Source of the DNA: Methanobacteriota archaeon
GTDB lineage: Archaea > Thermoplasmatota > Poseidoniia > MGIII > CG-Epi1
Assembly: GCA_014240055.1 (NCBI GenBank)
Contig: JAAZXP010000001.1
Coordinates: 619 to 64,618, forward strand
Direction of reading: 5' to 3'
Length of the DNA: 64,000 bases
Positions 16,407 through 26,668 of this stretch are shown piece after piece. The stretch's first letter is position 1; each line of letters begins with the position of its first letter. Position numbers and translations under genes: made by a program. Below the pieces are notes generated by a model. That model worked only from the letters and a program-made list of their open reading frames with translations. It ran no database searches and was not told the DNA's origin.

Positions 16407-17312
16407 TTAGTTTTTACTTACTAAATCAATTGCAAAGATTAAATCTTGTCCACCTAATGAGTGGCCGTTAGGATCAATTCCATATGCATCAACTGCAGGT
16501 ATTCTCACAGCTAGGGTTTGCCCTTCATACATTCCCACCATTTTGTTATCAAATCCTTTAATCATTTGTCTTGAACCTTCACAGTCTGCACTTGGATCTC
16601 CGTCAAAATTACAACCAATGTTTCCAGCAGTTAGTGGTTCCATAGGTCTGCCCGGTCGAGGGTCACTTACATCACTCATAAGGTTTAGATAATTGTCCCA
16701 TATGTATTCCATACTGGAATCAAATAATTGTCCATTGCTGGCAAGTATTCCGGCATAATGTGCATTAACTGAGTCTCCAATTATTGTTTGGTTACCAAAG
16801 GTGTGGTCACAGTCTACATTCAATTTTACAGTTGAAGTTAAGGTGCTGTCTCCTCTTGATTTAACTTCCAAATTAGAATACAACATACCTGTAGCAGATG
16901 ATGAAGTTTTAACATTAACAATAACTGGCTTTGATTTTCCATTATTAACTACTATACTCTCATATCCTTCCTCAATTGTTATTGTAAATCCACCATCGTT
17001 TGATTTCATTGAAATATCAAAAGTGTCAGCAATACTTCCAGTATTTTCTATGATTAAAACAAAATCAGTAGCATATCCAGGTGCTGTTTTATGATAGTCA
17101 GTTAGTAGGCTGGTTTCAAATCCATATGAAACTTCTGTAGGTTCTTCAACCATTGAAGTTAGGTAAAGTCCACTACCTATCAAAAGAATTACAAGTAACA
17201 ATGCAATTAGTGCAGGTCGAGTGTCTGGTCTAGATGTTTGAATACTGTCTTCTCTATAGTTTAGATCCGGCGTATTTTTTCCCTTTGCTTTACGTCTACC
17301 TTTCTTCGCCAT
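16407..17312 (-). CDS. N-terminally membrane-anchored protein with Ig-like domain and C-terminal FKBP-type peptidyl-prolyl isomerase domain
   Basis: Basic N-terminus (KKGRRKAKGK), then the TM helix ALIALLLVILLIGSGLYL. CARDB-like FVLIIENTGSIADTF. FKBP motifs DSVNAHYAGILASNGQLFDSS ... MIKGFDNKMVGMYEGQTLAVRIPAVDAYG ... LIFAIDLV, with a ~55-aa insert. Confidence 0.7.
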   Translation of the reverse strand: MAKKGRRKAKGKNTPDLNYREDSIQTSRPDTRPALIALLLVILLIGSGLYLTSMVEEPTEVSYGFETSLLTDYHKTAPGYATDFVLIIENTGSIADTFDISMKSNDGGFTITIEEGYESIVVNNGKSKPVIVNVKTSSSATGMLYSNLEVKSRGDSTLTSTVKLNVDCDHTFGNQTIIGDSVNAHYAGILASNGQLFDSSMEYIWDNYLNLMSDVSDPRPGRPMEPLTAGNIGCNFDGDPSADCEGSRQMIKGFDNKMVGMYEGQTLAVRIPAVDAYGIDPNGHSLGGQDLIFAIDLVSKN

Positions 17313-17351
17313 ACTTTTGTTACTCGAGTGCTTTACAAAAAGCTGATGTTA

Positions 17352-18266
17352 TCATTTACGATGCTTTGAACGAAAGAAAAAAGCTTTCAAAGTGTGCTTC
17401 CATATGTCTGGATTTTCTTTCATTCGCCTCATTGAATATGCATACCATTCAGGTCCATAAGGTATGTAGTAACGTACTTTATGTCCTGAATTAATTAACC
17501 TCTCTAATGTACTGTCAATAGGTACTCCCGAAAGAGCTTGAAATTCGTATTTAGTTTTTTTGTATTTCTTTTTAATAATTAAATTTTCTAATTTTTGAAT
17601 AATCCATTCATCGTGGGTTGCCAGACCTATAAAGATACCAGCATCCATTATTTTTTCTGCATTTATCATATAATTATTTCTAATTTCTTGATAATCTTGG
17701 TAAGCTATTTTTGAACTCTCTTTGTATGCACCTTTACACAAACGAATGTTTGCATTATGTGTATTTAAGTTGTCGATATCATCTGAAGTTCTATGCATAT
17801 ATGCTTGGAGAACAGTACCACATTTGGAATAATACTTTTTACCTTTCTTACACATTCTAATGGTAGCATCGGTGACTGTTGAATCTTCCATATCCATTCT
17901 AACAAAGTTATTGTATTCTCTTGCTTTGTCTAATACAACACTTAAATTGTCCCAACAAAGTTCTTCATCAAACTTAAGACCAAGTGCAGTTAGTTTTAAT
18001 GATATATTACAATCAATTCCATAGTTTGCAATGCCATCTAACAAATCACAGTAAGCTTCTCTAATTTTGTTTGTTTCTTTGCGATTACTTACTTCTTCAC
18101 CTAATAAATCTAAGGTAGCTGTAAAGCCTTTTGAGTTGAGTTTTTTTGCTAAGTTTAGTCCATCTTCAAGCTTGTCACCAGCTACATAAACGGAAGCTAC
18201 TCTACCAATTACAAATTTTGGCATGAGCGGTGCACTTCCAACAACCAGTCGGTTTAGCAGACCCAT
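17352..18266 (-). CDS. Proline dehydrogenase (monofunctional PutA-type PRODH)
   Basis: ATLDLLGEE, RMDMEDS, VLQAYMHR, IRLCKGAY, GLATHDE. ~300 aa. Confidence 0.82.
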   Translation of the reverse strand: MGLLNRLVVGSAPLMPKFVIGRVASVYVAGDKLEDGLNLAKKLNSKGFTATLDLLGEEVSNRKETNKIREAYCDLLDGIANYGIDCNISLKLTALGLKFDEELCWDNLSVVLDKAREYNNFVRMDMEDSTVTDATIRMCKKGKKYYSKCGTVLQAYMHRTSDDIDNLNTHNANIRLCKGAYKESSKIAYQDYQEIRNNYMINAEKIMDAGIFIGLATHDEWIIQKLENLIIKKKYKKTKYEFQALSGVPIDSTLERLINSGHKVRYYIPYGPEWYAYSMRRMKENPDIWKHTLKAFFFRSKHRK

Positions 18267-18340
18267 TACATCTAATAGAAAACAGTGTTTATTAGATAGC
18301 GGTCCGAGGTCGATTTATACCGGCCTGTCTAGCACCAATT

Positions 18341-19567
18341 ATGACTCCCAGTTCAGTTAAGTTTAGCAATGGAAACTTAGAGGTTCCAGATGTTCCAATT
18401 ATTCCGGTAATTATTGGTGATGGAATAGGTCAAGATGTGACTCCAGTAGCTATGGATGTTCTCGATGCTGCAGTAAGCAAGGCATATGGAGATAGTAAAA
18501 AAATATCTTGGAAAAAAGTGTTAGCTGGCGAGGAAGCTTTTAACGAAGTTAATGAATGGTTACCTGAAGAAACTCTAGATGCAATTCAAGAACATTTAGT
18601 TGCAATTAAGGGTCCTCTTACTACTCCTGTCGGAGGAGGTTTCAGAAGTCTTAATGTTACTTTACGCCAGAGATTGGATCTTTTTGCATGTGTTCGTCCA
18701 GTAAGATGGTTTGAGGGTGTTCCTAGTCCAGTTAGAGAACCTGAAAAAGTGGAAATGGTTATATTCAGAGAAAATACAGAAGACATCTATGCCGGTATTG
18801 AATGGCAAGCTGGAACGCCAGAACTTGCAAAGGTCTTGAATTTCTTAAAAGAAGAGATGGATGTATCACAAATACGTTTTCCCGAAACGGTTTCATTAGG
18901 TGTTAAGCCCGTTTCTAGTGAGGGAACAAAAAGGTTATTTCGTTCAGCTGTGAAATATGCAATAACTAATAATAAAAAGTCGATAACTTTAGTTCACAAA
19001 GGAAATATAATGAAATTTACTGAAGGTGGATTTAGAGACTGGGGCTATGAACTTGCTCGAGATGAGTTTGGTGCTAAACCTCTAGATGGAGGACCGTGGC
19101 ATTCATTTCCTAATCCTGAAACAGGGGAAGAAATTATAGTTAAAGATGTAATTGCTGATGCAATGCTTCAACAAATTCTCACCCGTCCTTCCGAATATGA
19201 TGTCATTGCAACTTTAAATCTGAATGGAGATTATATTTCAGATGCTTTAGCAGCACAAGTTGGAGGAATTGGCATAGCACCTGGAGCTAACATAAATTAT
19301 GATACAGGACATGCTTTATTCGAGGCAACCCACGGTACTGCTCCAAAATATGCAGGACAAGATAAAGTAAATCCAGGCTCAGTAATTTTATCAGGTGAAA
19401 TGATGCTTCGCTATTTAGGTTGGACTGAAGCTGCAGATTTAGTTATTAAAGGTGTAGAAGGTGCAATAGGTGCTAAGACAGTTACATATGATTTTGAGAG
19501 GTTAATGGACGGTGCAAAGTTACTGAAATGTAGCGAATTTGGTGCCGCTATTATAGAAAATCTGTGA
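18341..19567 (+). CDS. icd: NADP-dependent isocitrate dehydrogenase
   Basis: [52 protein letters not shown]-like GATTTATA lies ~25 nt upstream. Confidence 0.94.
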   Translation: MTPSSVKFSNGNLEVPDVPIIPVIIGDGIGQDVTPVAMDVLDAAVSKAYGDSKKISWKKVLAGEEAFNEVNEWLPEETLDAIQEHLVAIKGPLTTPVGGGFRSLNVTLRQRLDLFACVRPVRWFEGVPSPVREPEKVEMVIFRENTEDIYAGIEWQAGTPELAKVLNFLKEEMDVSQIRFPETVSLGVKPVSSEGTKRLFRSAVKYAITNNKKSITLVHKGNIMKFTEGGFRDWGYELARDEFGAKPLDGGPWHSFPNPETGEEIIVKDVIADAMLQQILTRPSEYDVIATLNLNGDYISDALAAQVGGIGIAPGANINYDTGHALFEATHGTAPKYAGQDKVNPGSVILSGEMMLRYLGWTEAADLVIKGVEGAIGAKTVTYDFERLMDGAKLLKCSEFGAAIIENL

Positions 19568-20532
19568 ATCTTCAAGAAATACCAACAATTGGTACTGCAG
19601 ATGAATTGATTGATCGAGCTTTACGAAGGGCTTCTAGAGTTGAAGAAAGCGTAAGAAACACAGATTATCGAGCGCGTTTAACTGCAGTCCGAAAGATACA
19701 TTCAGTTGCAGATAATATTGCGAACCCGTTACATTCCTACGTTAAAGTATTTCCTTCTTTTGACACTATACATCCCTTTGACCGATCAATAATTGATTTA
19801 ACTGTGGGAGTCGATAAGTTAAGAAAAGCATTAGGTGCCGCAGATTGGGCTCGTAAAGAAGTTCTAATGATAGGTACAAGGTATGTTCCCAAAGCTAGAG
19901 CTCGTAAAAGTGCAGAGAACACAATGAAAATTATGAGTGAAGCATACACTAAGATGACAAATATACTAAGGCAAATATCAAAGCATCTTGATTTTTTAAT
20001 TTCAGCCCGTTCTATTTTTCGTAATCTTCCGAATGTAGACACTGAACAACCTTTGGCTGTCTTTGCGGGAGCTCCCAACGTTGGTAAATCTAGTTTAATC
20101 GGAGCTATATCTACAGGAAAACCCGAAGTCAAAAGTTATCCATTTACTACGAAAGGAGTTTCGCTAGGTCACATCAAAGCCAAGTATGACATAATTCAAG
20201 TCATGGATACTCCAGGTTTACTAGATAGACCCGACTTAGATCGTAATGATATGGAAAAGCAGGGAATCGCAGCGCTTAACCATTTGGAGCCAGTAATAGT
20301 TTTTCTAACTGATTTATCGGGTACTTCGGGTTATTCAGTTGAAACTCAAAAATCTTTACATGAGGAACTTAAAACTAGGTATTCAGATTATCCTTGGATT
20401 GATGTTTATAGTAAATCTGATTTGGAGCCTGAAGCTTCTTTAGAATATGATGATTCAATATCCGTTTCAGTAATGAACAATGAGGGTGTTGAAGAGTTGA
20501 AATCTGAATTGATAAATATATTTTTCGAGTAA
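19564..20532 (+). CDS. NOG1-family GTP-binding protein
   Basis: N-terminal NOG1-type helical domain. G1 [17 protein letters not shown]3 [10 protein letters not shown]4 SKSD. The GTG start overlaps the icd stop by 4 nt. Confidence 0.8.
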   Translation: MNLQEIPTIGTADELIDRALRRASRVEESVRNTDYRARLTAVRKIHSVADNIANPLHSYVKVFPSFDTIHPFDRSIIDLTVGVDKLRKALGAADWARKEVLMIGTRYVPKARARKSAENTMKIMSEAYTKMTNILRQISKHLDFLISARSIFRNLPNVDTEQPLAVFAGAPNVGKSSLIGAISTGKPEVKSYPFTTKGVSLGHIKAKYDIIQVMDTPGLLDRPDLDRNDMEKQGIAALNHLEPVIVFLTDLSGTSGYSVETQKSLHEELKTRYSDYPWIDVYSKSDLEPEASLEYDDSISVSVMNNEGVEELKSELINIFFE

Positions 20533-20533
20533 A

Positions 20534-21967
20534 TTATTCTTTAACTTGCATATTGTGAGTACTTCCAATAATTTGTTGAGTATATGTCGACATTAATTCA
20601 ATTACTGCTTTATTTCTGAATTCCTCTAAATTCATACATCCTGTGTTACTTAGTGCAGCTTTAATTTTCCTAATATCTTGTTTGAGTTTTGGTTTTAATC
20701 TTCCCCAGTTTTCTACAGTGCCTTCTTCTCCTTCGGCGAAAAATGTCTTTCTAGCGACATGACCATATCTGTCTAAATTTCTAGCTCTAGCAGATCCTTC
20801 CCCCCATGTAGCAATATGCTTGATGTCAGGTTCATGATTTGTAACTTGCATACTCTCATCTAATTTCTCACCTTCAGCCTCGTAAAAATGGTTGAAATAG
20901 CCTCCCATCATTACTGCATCAGCTACGGTCAGGGCGATTATCATATCTCCAGCTGCTGAAACACCACCATCAATTATCAATGAAACATATTTTCCGGTTT
21001 CTTTATGATATTCCTCACGTGCCTTTGCAGCTTCCAAAAGGGCAGTCATAGGAGCTCTTCCAGTGGCTTTTTCTCTTTGGGTTGTACATATTGACCCAGA
21101 TGACATTCCAATTTTAATCAAGTCAGCACCATTCTCCATCAAATACTTGGCACCTTCATAGGTTATTACATTTCCAGCACAAATTGGTATTGAATCATTT
21201 AGTTCTTTAAATTCTTTGATTACTTCACTTGTAAATTCATTGTATGCATCTGAAGTATCAATTACAATCATATCTGCTCCAGCATTTATACATGATTTCA
21301 CTCGTTTCTTCCAACCTTTATGGGTGGAAATTGCAGCAGCTACAGATATGTTATCTATATCTTTTTGGAAAGCAATCTTGACTAATCTTCCTAAATCATC
21401 TAGTACGATTAGATAGCTTTTACCTTTTAATTCTTTTTTGGCATCTTCCAAACTGATATCAGGATTATTACTACAAGGTAATTCTCCAGGTTTTATCATA
21501 ATTGTAGTGACAGGATCTCCAGGTGTGGCATTTGTTTCCAGATATTTATCAAAGCTAAACAAACCCAAGAATACATTATTCCTATCTGCTATGGGTACTT
21601 TTGAATGTCCATGTTTCTCTACAAGTCTAACAACTTCATCGATTGTGGCAGTTTCTCGTACAGTAATTGGGTCTTCTACAAATCCCATTTCATATCCTTT
21701 TATTTTTTCAATAATTTCTACTTGTTCTTTGATAGATAATCTTGCAGGAAGAACACCAAGTCCTCCTTCTTTTCCAAGAGCTAGAGCCATTTCATAACCA
21801 GTTACTGACGTCATTGCCGCACTTAAAAATGGTAAACTTAGTTTTAGTTTTCCAAGATTAGTTTTGAGATTGATTTTTTGAAGAGTACAATCTTTGGAAG
21901 TATAATTTGTTAACAGACTAAATTCGCTAAAAGTTTTGCCTGTTTCGAGAATAACTCTATCTGCCAT
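20534..21967 (-). CDS. IMP dehydrogenase family protein with CBS pair (GuaB-like, divergent active-site loop)
   Basis: Catalytic Cys loop IKIGMSSGSICTTQ, DGGV..AGD, flap LDRYG with Arg-Tyr, EGEEGTV. A CBS pair is inserted after the N-terminal barrel strands. It differs from the canonical GIGPGSICTT/GSLLAG motifs. Confidence 0.75.
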   Translation of the reverse strand: MADRVILETGKTFSEFSLLTNYTSKDCTLQKINLKTNLGKLKLSLPFLSAAMTSVTGYEMALALGKEGGLGVLPARLSIKEQVEIIEKIKGYEMGFVEDPITVRETATIDEVVRLVEKHGHSKVPIADRNNVFLGLFSFDKYLETNATPGDPVTTIMIKPGELPCSNNPDISLEDAKKELKGKSYLIVLDDLGRLVKIAFQKDIDNISVAAAISTHKGWKKRVKSCINAGADMIVIDTSDAYNEFTSEVIKEFKELNDSIPICAGNVITYEGAKYLMENGADLIKIGMSSGSICTTQREKATGRAPMTALLEAAKAREEYHKETGKYVSLIIDGGVSAAGDMIIALTVADAVMMGGYFNHFYEAEGEKLDESMQVTNHEPDIKHIATWGEGSARARNLDRYGHVARKTFFAEGEEGTVENWGRLKPKLKQDIRKIKAALSNTGCMNLEEFRNKAVIELMSTYTQQIIGSTHNMQVKE

Positions 21968-22001
21968 TCCAATTCATGCCAGATGAGTTTATTAAATTTG
22001 T

Positions 22002-23051
22002 TCAGTTACTTTCGTTTGCCTGATAAATTTCATTAGTAGTTATTGTAACTCTGACAAAAGTAGTACATTTTGGCAAGTCTTTTATTCTTCTTGCTCCCAC
22101 ATACGAACAAGCAGATCGTATTCCTCCCAGAATAGATTGAATTGAGTCTTGAACTGGCCCTCTGTAAGGGACTCTGACTTCTTTGCCCTCTGGAGCTCTG
22201 TGCTTTGCAACTTCACCGAAATATGTTTTCATTGCTTTGGTTGAACTCATGCCATAGAATGATTTGTATTGTGTACCGTCATCATTGGTACCCAAGTCAC
22301 CTCCAGATTCATCATGACCTGCAAGCATACCACCTAACATAACAAAATCAGCTCCAGCTGCAAATGCTTTAGCAATATCTCCGGGCGAAGTACATCCTCC
22401 ATCTGACATTACATGCCCTCCTAACCCATGTGCAGCATCAGAACATTCAGAGATAGCTGAGAGCTGCGGATAGCCAACTCCAGCTACCTTGCGCGTAGTA
22501 CAAACAGATCCTGGCCCAATTCCAACTTTTACAATATCTGCACCAGCTAAGATTAAGGCTTCAGTCATTTCTCTTGTTGCTACATTTCCAGCAATGATGA
22601 TTTTATCGTTGAATTCTTTACGAACTCTTCTTACAAATTGTACAAAATCTTCTCTATATCCATTAGCTACATCAAGACAGATTATATTCAAGTCATTATG
22701 GACTGATAATTTTCTCTTTAGTAAATCTAAACTTTCTTCTGTAGAACCAGATGTGATTGCAATATTCTTTGGGCTAACTCCTTTTTTAATTGCTTCATCG
22801 ATTTCTTTAACAGAATAGAATTTTTGTAAGCATGTCATCATACTTTCATTTTGTAGTGCCTTAGCCATGTCAAAGGTTCCAGTAGTATCCATATTGGCAG
22901 CTACAACGGGTACGCCGCTCCAATTGCTTTCAGTATGTCTAAATTTGAATGTTCTGGATAATGACACTTCAGACCTTGATTTCAATGTACTTCTCTTAGG
23001 CCTTATCAAAACATCTCGAAATGTTAGCTTTAGGTCGTCTTCTATTCTCAT
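22002..23051 (-). CDS. guaC: GMP reductase (E. coli/eukaryote GuaC type)
   Basis: N-terminus [31 protein letters not shown] is the GuaC hallmark. Catalytic loop [14 protein letters not shown]. 349 aa with no CBS insert. Confidence 0.9.
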   Translation of the reverse strand: MRIEDDLKLTFRDVLIRPKRSTLKSRSEVSLSRTFKFRHTESNWSGVPVVAANMDTTGTFDMAKALQNESMMTCLQKFYSVKEIDEAIKKGVSPKNIAITSGSTEESLDLLKRKLSVHNDLNIICLDVANGYREDFVQFVRRVRKEFNDKIIIAGNVATREMTEALILAGADIVKVGIGPGSVCTTRKVAGVGYPQLSAISECSDAAHGLGGHVMSDGGCTSPGDIAKAFAAGADFVMLGGMLAGHDESGGDLGTNDDGTQYKSFYGMSSTKAMKTYFGEVAKHRAPEGKEVRVPYRGPVQDSIQSILGGIRSACSYVGARRIKDLPKCTTFVRVTITTNEIYQANESN

Positions 23052-23097
23052 CTTTTCCCCTAGCTTGTCTGATTGAGCTATATTAAATATTATGCTT

Positions 23098-23616
23098 TTA
23101 TTTTAAATCTTCAGATTCAAGTACCATCACATCTTTGAGATCTCTATATTTTTCATCATAATCTAAACCATAACCAACTACAAATTCAGGTGGAATTTCA
23201 AAACCAACATAGTCAACTTCAAAGTCTATTTTTGCTACTTCTTTCTTGAATAATATTGATGCAACAGCTACCGATTTTGGCCCTGAATTTTTTAGTCTAT
23301 TTACAAGAAAATTTATCGTAAAACCAGAGTCTATAATATCTTCTACAATTATTATGTGCCTATTGTTTATGTCTGCGGAAATGTCTTTTCTAAATTTTAT
23401 TGTACCTGTTGAAGAGTCAGCTTCATAGCTACGAATTTTAACAAAATCTACCTCAGTATCAATGTTTACTTCTCTTAATAAATCAGCCATGAAAACATAG
23501 CATCCATTCAGTATTCCAACAAATATAGGAGATTTATCCTTATAGTCTTCAGATATTTTATCTGCTAACTCTTTAACTCGTTTTTTAATATCCTCTTTTG
23601 AAATTAATAATTTCAT
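23098..23616 (-). CDS. hpt: Hypoxanthine(-guanine) phosphoribosyltransferase
   Basis: PRPP motif IIIVEDIIDSGFT. FVVGYGLDY near the C-terminus. 172 aa. Confidence 0.9.
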   Translation of the reverse strand: MKLLISKEDIKKRVKELADKISEDYKDKSPIFVGILNGCYVFMADLLREVNIDTEVDFVKIRSYEADSSTGTIKFRKDISADINNRHIIIVEDIIDSGFTINFLVNRLKNSGPKSVAVASILFKKEVAKIDFEVDYVGFEIPPEFVVGYGLDYDEKYRDLKDVMVLESEDLK

Positions 23617-23618
23617 GC

Positions 23619-24152
23619 TTAATATTTCACTAAAGAGTGAACATTATATTGGTTTAGTTTTTCTCTTCCCAGTAGGAATTCCAATTCAATCATGACAGTA
23701 AATCCGACGATGTTCCCTTTTGACTTAGAAATAAGTTTACAAGTCGCTTCTGCAGTTCCTCCGGTAGCTAATAAGTCATCGACAATTAGTATATTTTGTC
23801 CTTCTTCAATCGCATCTTTGTGTATTTCCAAGGAGTCTTTACCATATTCTAATTCATAAGACACCGATTCAGTATCACATGGCAGTTTACCTGGTTTTCT
23901 AACTGGAACAAAACCACAATTCAAGCAATCTGCAATTGGTACTCCAAATATGAATCCTCTAGATTCTATACCAACGACAATATGAATATTTGAATTCATA
24001 AATGGAGCCGCCATTTGTTTGACTGCTTTTCTAAATATTTCTATATCTGATAAAACAGGAGTAATGTCTTTGAAATTAATTCCCTCTTTAGGGAAGTTTG
24101 GAACATTCCTTATTTTGTTTGCGATATCAGTTAAATCTTTTTTAGAAAGCAT
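23619..24152 (-). CDS. apt: Adenine phosphoribosyltransferase
   Basis: FKDITP, GIESRGFIFG, PRPP motif ILIVDDLLATGGTA. 2-nt gap to hpt. Confidence 0.9.
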   Translation of the reverse strand: MLSKKDLTDIANKIRNVPNFPKEGINFKDITPVLSDIEIFRKAVKQMAAPFMNSNIHIVVGIESRGFIFGVPIADCLNCGFVPVRKPGKLPCDTESVSYELEYGKDSLEIHKDAIEEGQNILIVDDLLATGGTAEATCKLISKSKGNIVGFTVMIELEFLLGREKLNQYNVHSLVKY

Positions 24153-24175
24153 AGTCTATTGATTACAGGCATATT

Positions 24176-24208
24176 CCTCTGAGCCTTGACAGACTCAGAG
24201 GTTTTTTT
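24176..24208 (+). terminator. Perfect 8-bp stem-loop (CCTCTGAG N10 CTCAGAGG) followed by T7; intrinsic-terminator-like but oriented against the flanking minus-strand genes
   Basis: Stem 24176-24183 / 24194-24201, loop 10 nt, T-run 24202-24208. It lies in the 72-nt spacer between the permease stop and the apt start. Confidence 0.35.
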
Positions 24209-24224
24209 CCATATGTTTAGTTAT

Positions 24225-25733
24225 CTAAAATATGAAAGATAATAACCAATCAAAGGTTGATTGATCACCAGGTCCGACGTAGAACATCAGCATTAGAACT
24301 GCTAATACATTAACTACTGGATTCAATTTATCCATTTTTCCCATACCAATCTTAATGGCTACATATGAGATTAGACCCCATGCGATTCCATCTGCTATTG
24401 AGTATGTGAAAGGCATTAGAACCATTGTAATGAAAGCAGGAATTGCCATTTCTTTGTCATTCCAGTTTATGTCGCCAGCTTGCTTCATCATCATAGCACC
24501 TACAATAACGAGTGCCGGAGCAGCTGCGAATGCAGGTATGGCTTTGAAAAGACCAGCAAATAGAAGTCCAGACAGCATCAATACACCAACAACAACTGCA
24601 GTTAGTCCTGTTCGACCACCTTCTTCTACACCTGCACCAGATTCAATGTATGTTGTAGTTGTACTTGTTCCAGCTAATGCTCCAGCAACTGTTGCGGCTG
24701 CATCGGCCATGAATGCTTCATCTGAGTTCTCTAGTTCATCGTTTTCATCGACAAATCCAGCTTGACGCCCTACAGAGTAGAGAGTTCCAGAAGTGTCAAA
24801 TATGTCTACGAAAAGGAAAGCAATCATTACTAAGATAAAATCACCTAGGTTATCACCGTTTAAGTCTCCAAGAGCACCTACTGCTGCGAACATGGATTCT
24901 TCAGGTAGACCTGCTACTTCGAAGAGTGCAGCTCCATCAAAATTATAAAATGATCCAACATCAACTGCAGCGACCCCATTGTAAGGATCAGATGCTCCTA
25001 CAATCCATCCACCGATAACTGTAGTTCCCAGTATGCCGTAAATCATAGCACCTTTCATTCCTCTTGCCATCATTACTGCAATTGCTAATAGACAAATCAA
25101 AGCCCATAATTCACCAGATTGGTGGGTAAAGCTTTCTGTGGTTCCTAGATTAACTAACGTAGCAAAATCATCTTGAATCCATCCCATTTCTCTGAAACCA
25201 ATTATTGCTAAAAACATACCAATACCAGCTCCTGTTGCAATCTTCAAATCTTTTGGAATTGCATTTATCATTTTAGTTCTCCATCCAACTTGTGGTAATG
25301 ATAAAATTAAGAAAATTACACCTTCAACTAACACAGCTGCAAGAGCTACTTCCCAAGCAATACCCATTCCCAATATCACTGCAAATGTAAAATAGGCATT
25401 GAGTCCCATTCCTGGTGCTAGTGCAAATGGTTTGTTTGCCCATAGACCCATAACTACACAACCTACAAAAGCCGCAAAGGCCGTTGCAAATAGCGCATCA
25501 TTGAATGGTATTCCACCAATGGCAAGCATATCTGGATTTACAAACAAGATATATGCCATAGTCAGGAAAGTGGTTATTCCTGCTCGTATTTCGGTTTCCA
25601 CCGTACTTCCAGCCTTCGTGATTTGAAACGTGTCTTCTAAGAAATCACCTGTATTTCCAGCATCAGCTGGAGGCATTGATGATTCCGTATCTGCGCCTGT
25701 ATCACTGTTGTTTTCTGTGTCGTCGTCACTCAT
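24225..25733 (-). CDS. Purine (adenine/guanine/hypoxanthine) permease, NCS2/AzgA family
   Basis: EIRAGITTFLTMAYILFVNP signature. Multiple Gly/Ala-rich TM helices. Acidic N-terminal tail. 502 aa. Confidence 0.88.
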   Translation of the reverse strand: MSDDDTENNSDTGADTESSMPPADAGNTGDFLEDTFQITKAGSTVETEIRAGITTFLTMAYILFVNPDMLAIGGIPFNDALFATAFAAFVGCVVMGLWANKPFALAPGMGLNAYFTFAVILGMGIAWEVALAAVLVEGVIFLILSLPQVGWRTKMINAIPKDLKIATGAGIGMFLAIIGFREMGWIQDDFATLVNLGTTESFTHQSGELWALICLLAIAVMMARGMKGAMIYGILGTTVIGGWIVGASDPYNGVAAVDVGSFYNFDGAALFEVAGLPEESMFAAVGALGDLNGDNLGDFILVMIAFLFVDIFDTSGTLYSVGRQAGFVDENDELENSDEAFMADAAATVAGALAGTSTTTTYIESGAGVEEGGRTGLTAVVVGVLMLSGLLFAGLFKAIPAFAAAPALVIVGAMMMKQAGDINWNDKEMAIPAFITMVLMPFTYSIADGIAWGLISYVAIKIGMGKMDKLNPVVNVLAVLMLMFYVGPGDQSTFDWLLSFIF

Positions 25734-25813
25734 GGTTATTATACCTAAACATCTTTACAAGAAAATCGTTTATTAAGTGTATCGGATGTTTTAATTATTG
25801 AAACTGCCCTTTT

Positions 25814-26668
25814 TCACGACGATAAAATACGCTTTTTGTAGTCGGATTGTTTGAAAACTTGGACTCCTTCTTTTTCTGCCCACTCTTTCCATTTTCGGTA
25901 TTGAGTTTTGTCCATGCCTTTTTTATGAAAATAAATTCCTTTTGCATTACTCTTATCAATTGCCATATTGACCATTTCTTCTGTTAAGTAAGGCATTCCA
26001 TAGTTTGCAACCATATGGCCAAAACACACTTCATGAGTTAGTGCAGCTTCGGTAAATCGTGGAGTATAATGTCCACCTCCTAGCCCAATGACATTTATTC
26101 CATTTGTAGATTTTAAAGATAATAATGATTTAATCAATATTTGAGCCGGTTTCTTCTCTTCCCATTCAGACTCAGTAGATCCAATTTCAAGAAACATAGT
26201 CGGTGTCTTTAGAAGAGGTCCATGGTGTGTAGCTTCAAAACATACATCATAGCCCTCTATTTGATTTCTTTTTATATCAAGTAATAAACCAGTCATCCAA
26301 TTGGGTGCAGTTCCTGAAACTTCACCTTCTAAACCTCCATATTCAGCAGAACCCCAATTGCCTATAGGGTGGACAGTTAAGCTAGGTTTTCCACTTGCTG
26401 CTTTGTGCCTTGAAAGAAAAATAATATTATCAATACCGATACCCGTTTCTTTAGTCCATATTTCATCTATCTTTTCAGCATGAATATGTATTTTATTTAT
26501 TGTAATCAATCGGGTGTTTTTCTTGCAAAATTCTCCGTAGTCTTTTGTGAGCTTCCATAATGTGTTTCCATCAAATTTACCTTCATCTTTCCACACAGCC
26601 ATTTCCAGTAGTCGTTCTCTTAAATTTATGGAGGCCGAGTCTTCTTTCGAGGAAATAATCAGATTCAT
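25814..26668 (-). CDS. dtdA: Archaeal-type D-aminoacyl-tRNA deacylase (DTD2)
   Basis: [22 protein letters not shown] and EATHHGP motifs. 4-nt overlap with hutU. Confidence 0.8.
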   Translation of the reverse strand: MNLIISSKEDSASINLRERLLEMAVWKDEGKFDGNTLWKLTKDYGEFCKKNTRLITINKIHIHAEKIDEIWTKETGIGIDNIIFLSRHKAASGKPSLTVHPIGNWGSAEYGGLEGEVSGTAPNWMTGLLLDIKRNQIEGYDVCFEATHHGPLLKTPTMFLEIGSTESEWEEKKPAQILIKSLLSLKSTNGINVIGLGGGHYTPRFTEAALTHEVCFGHMVANYGMPYLTEEMVNMAIDKSNAKGIYFHKKGMDKTQYRKWKEWAEKEGVQVFKQSDYKKRILSS

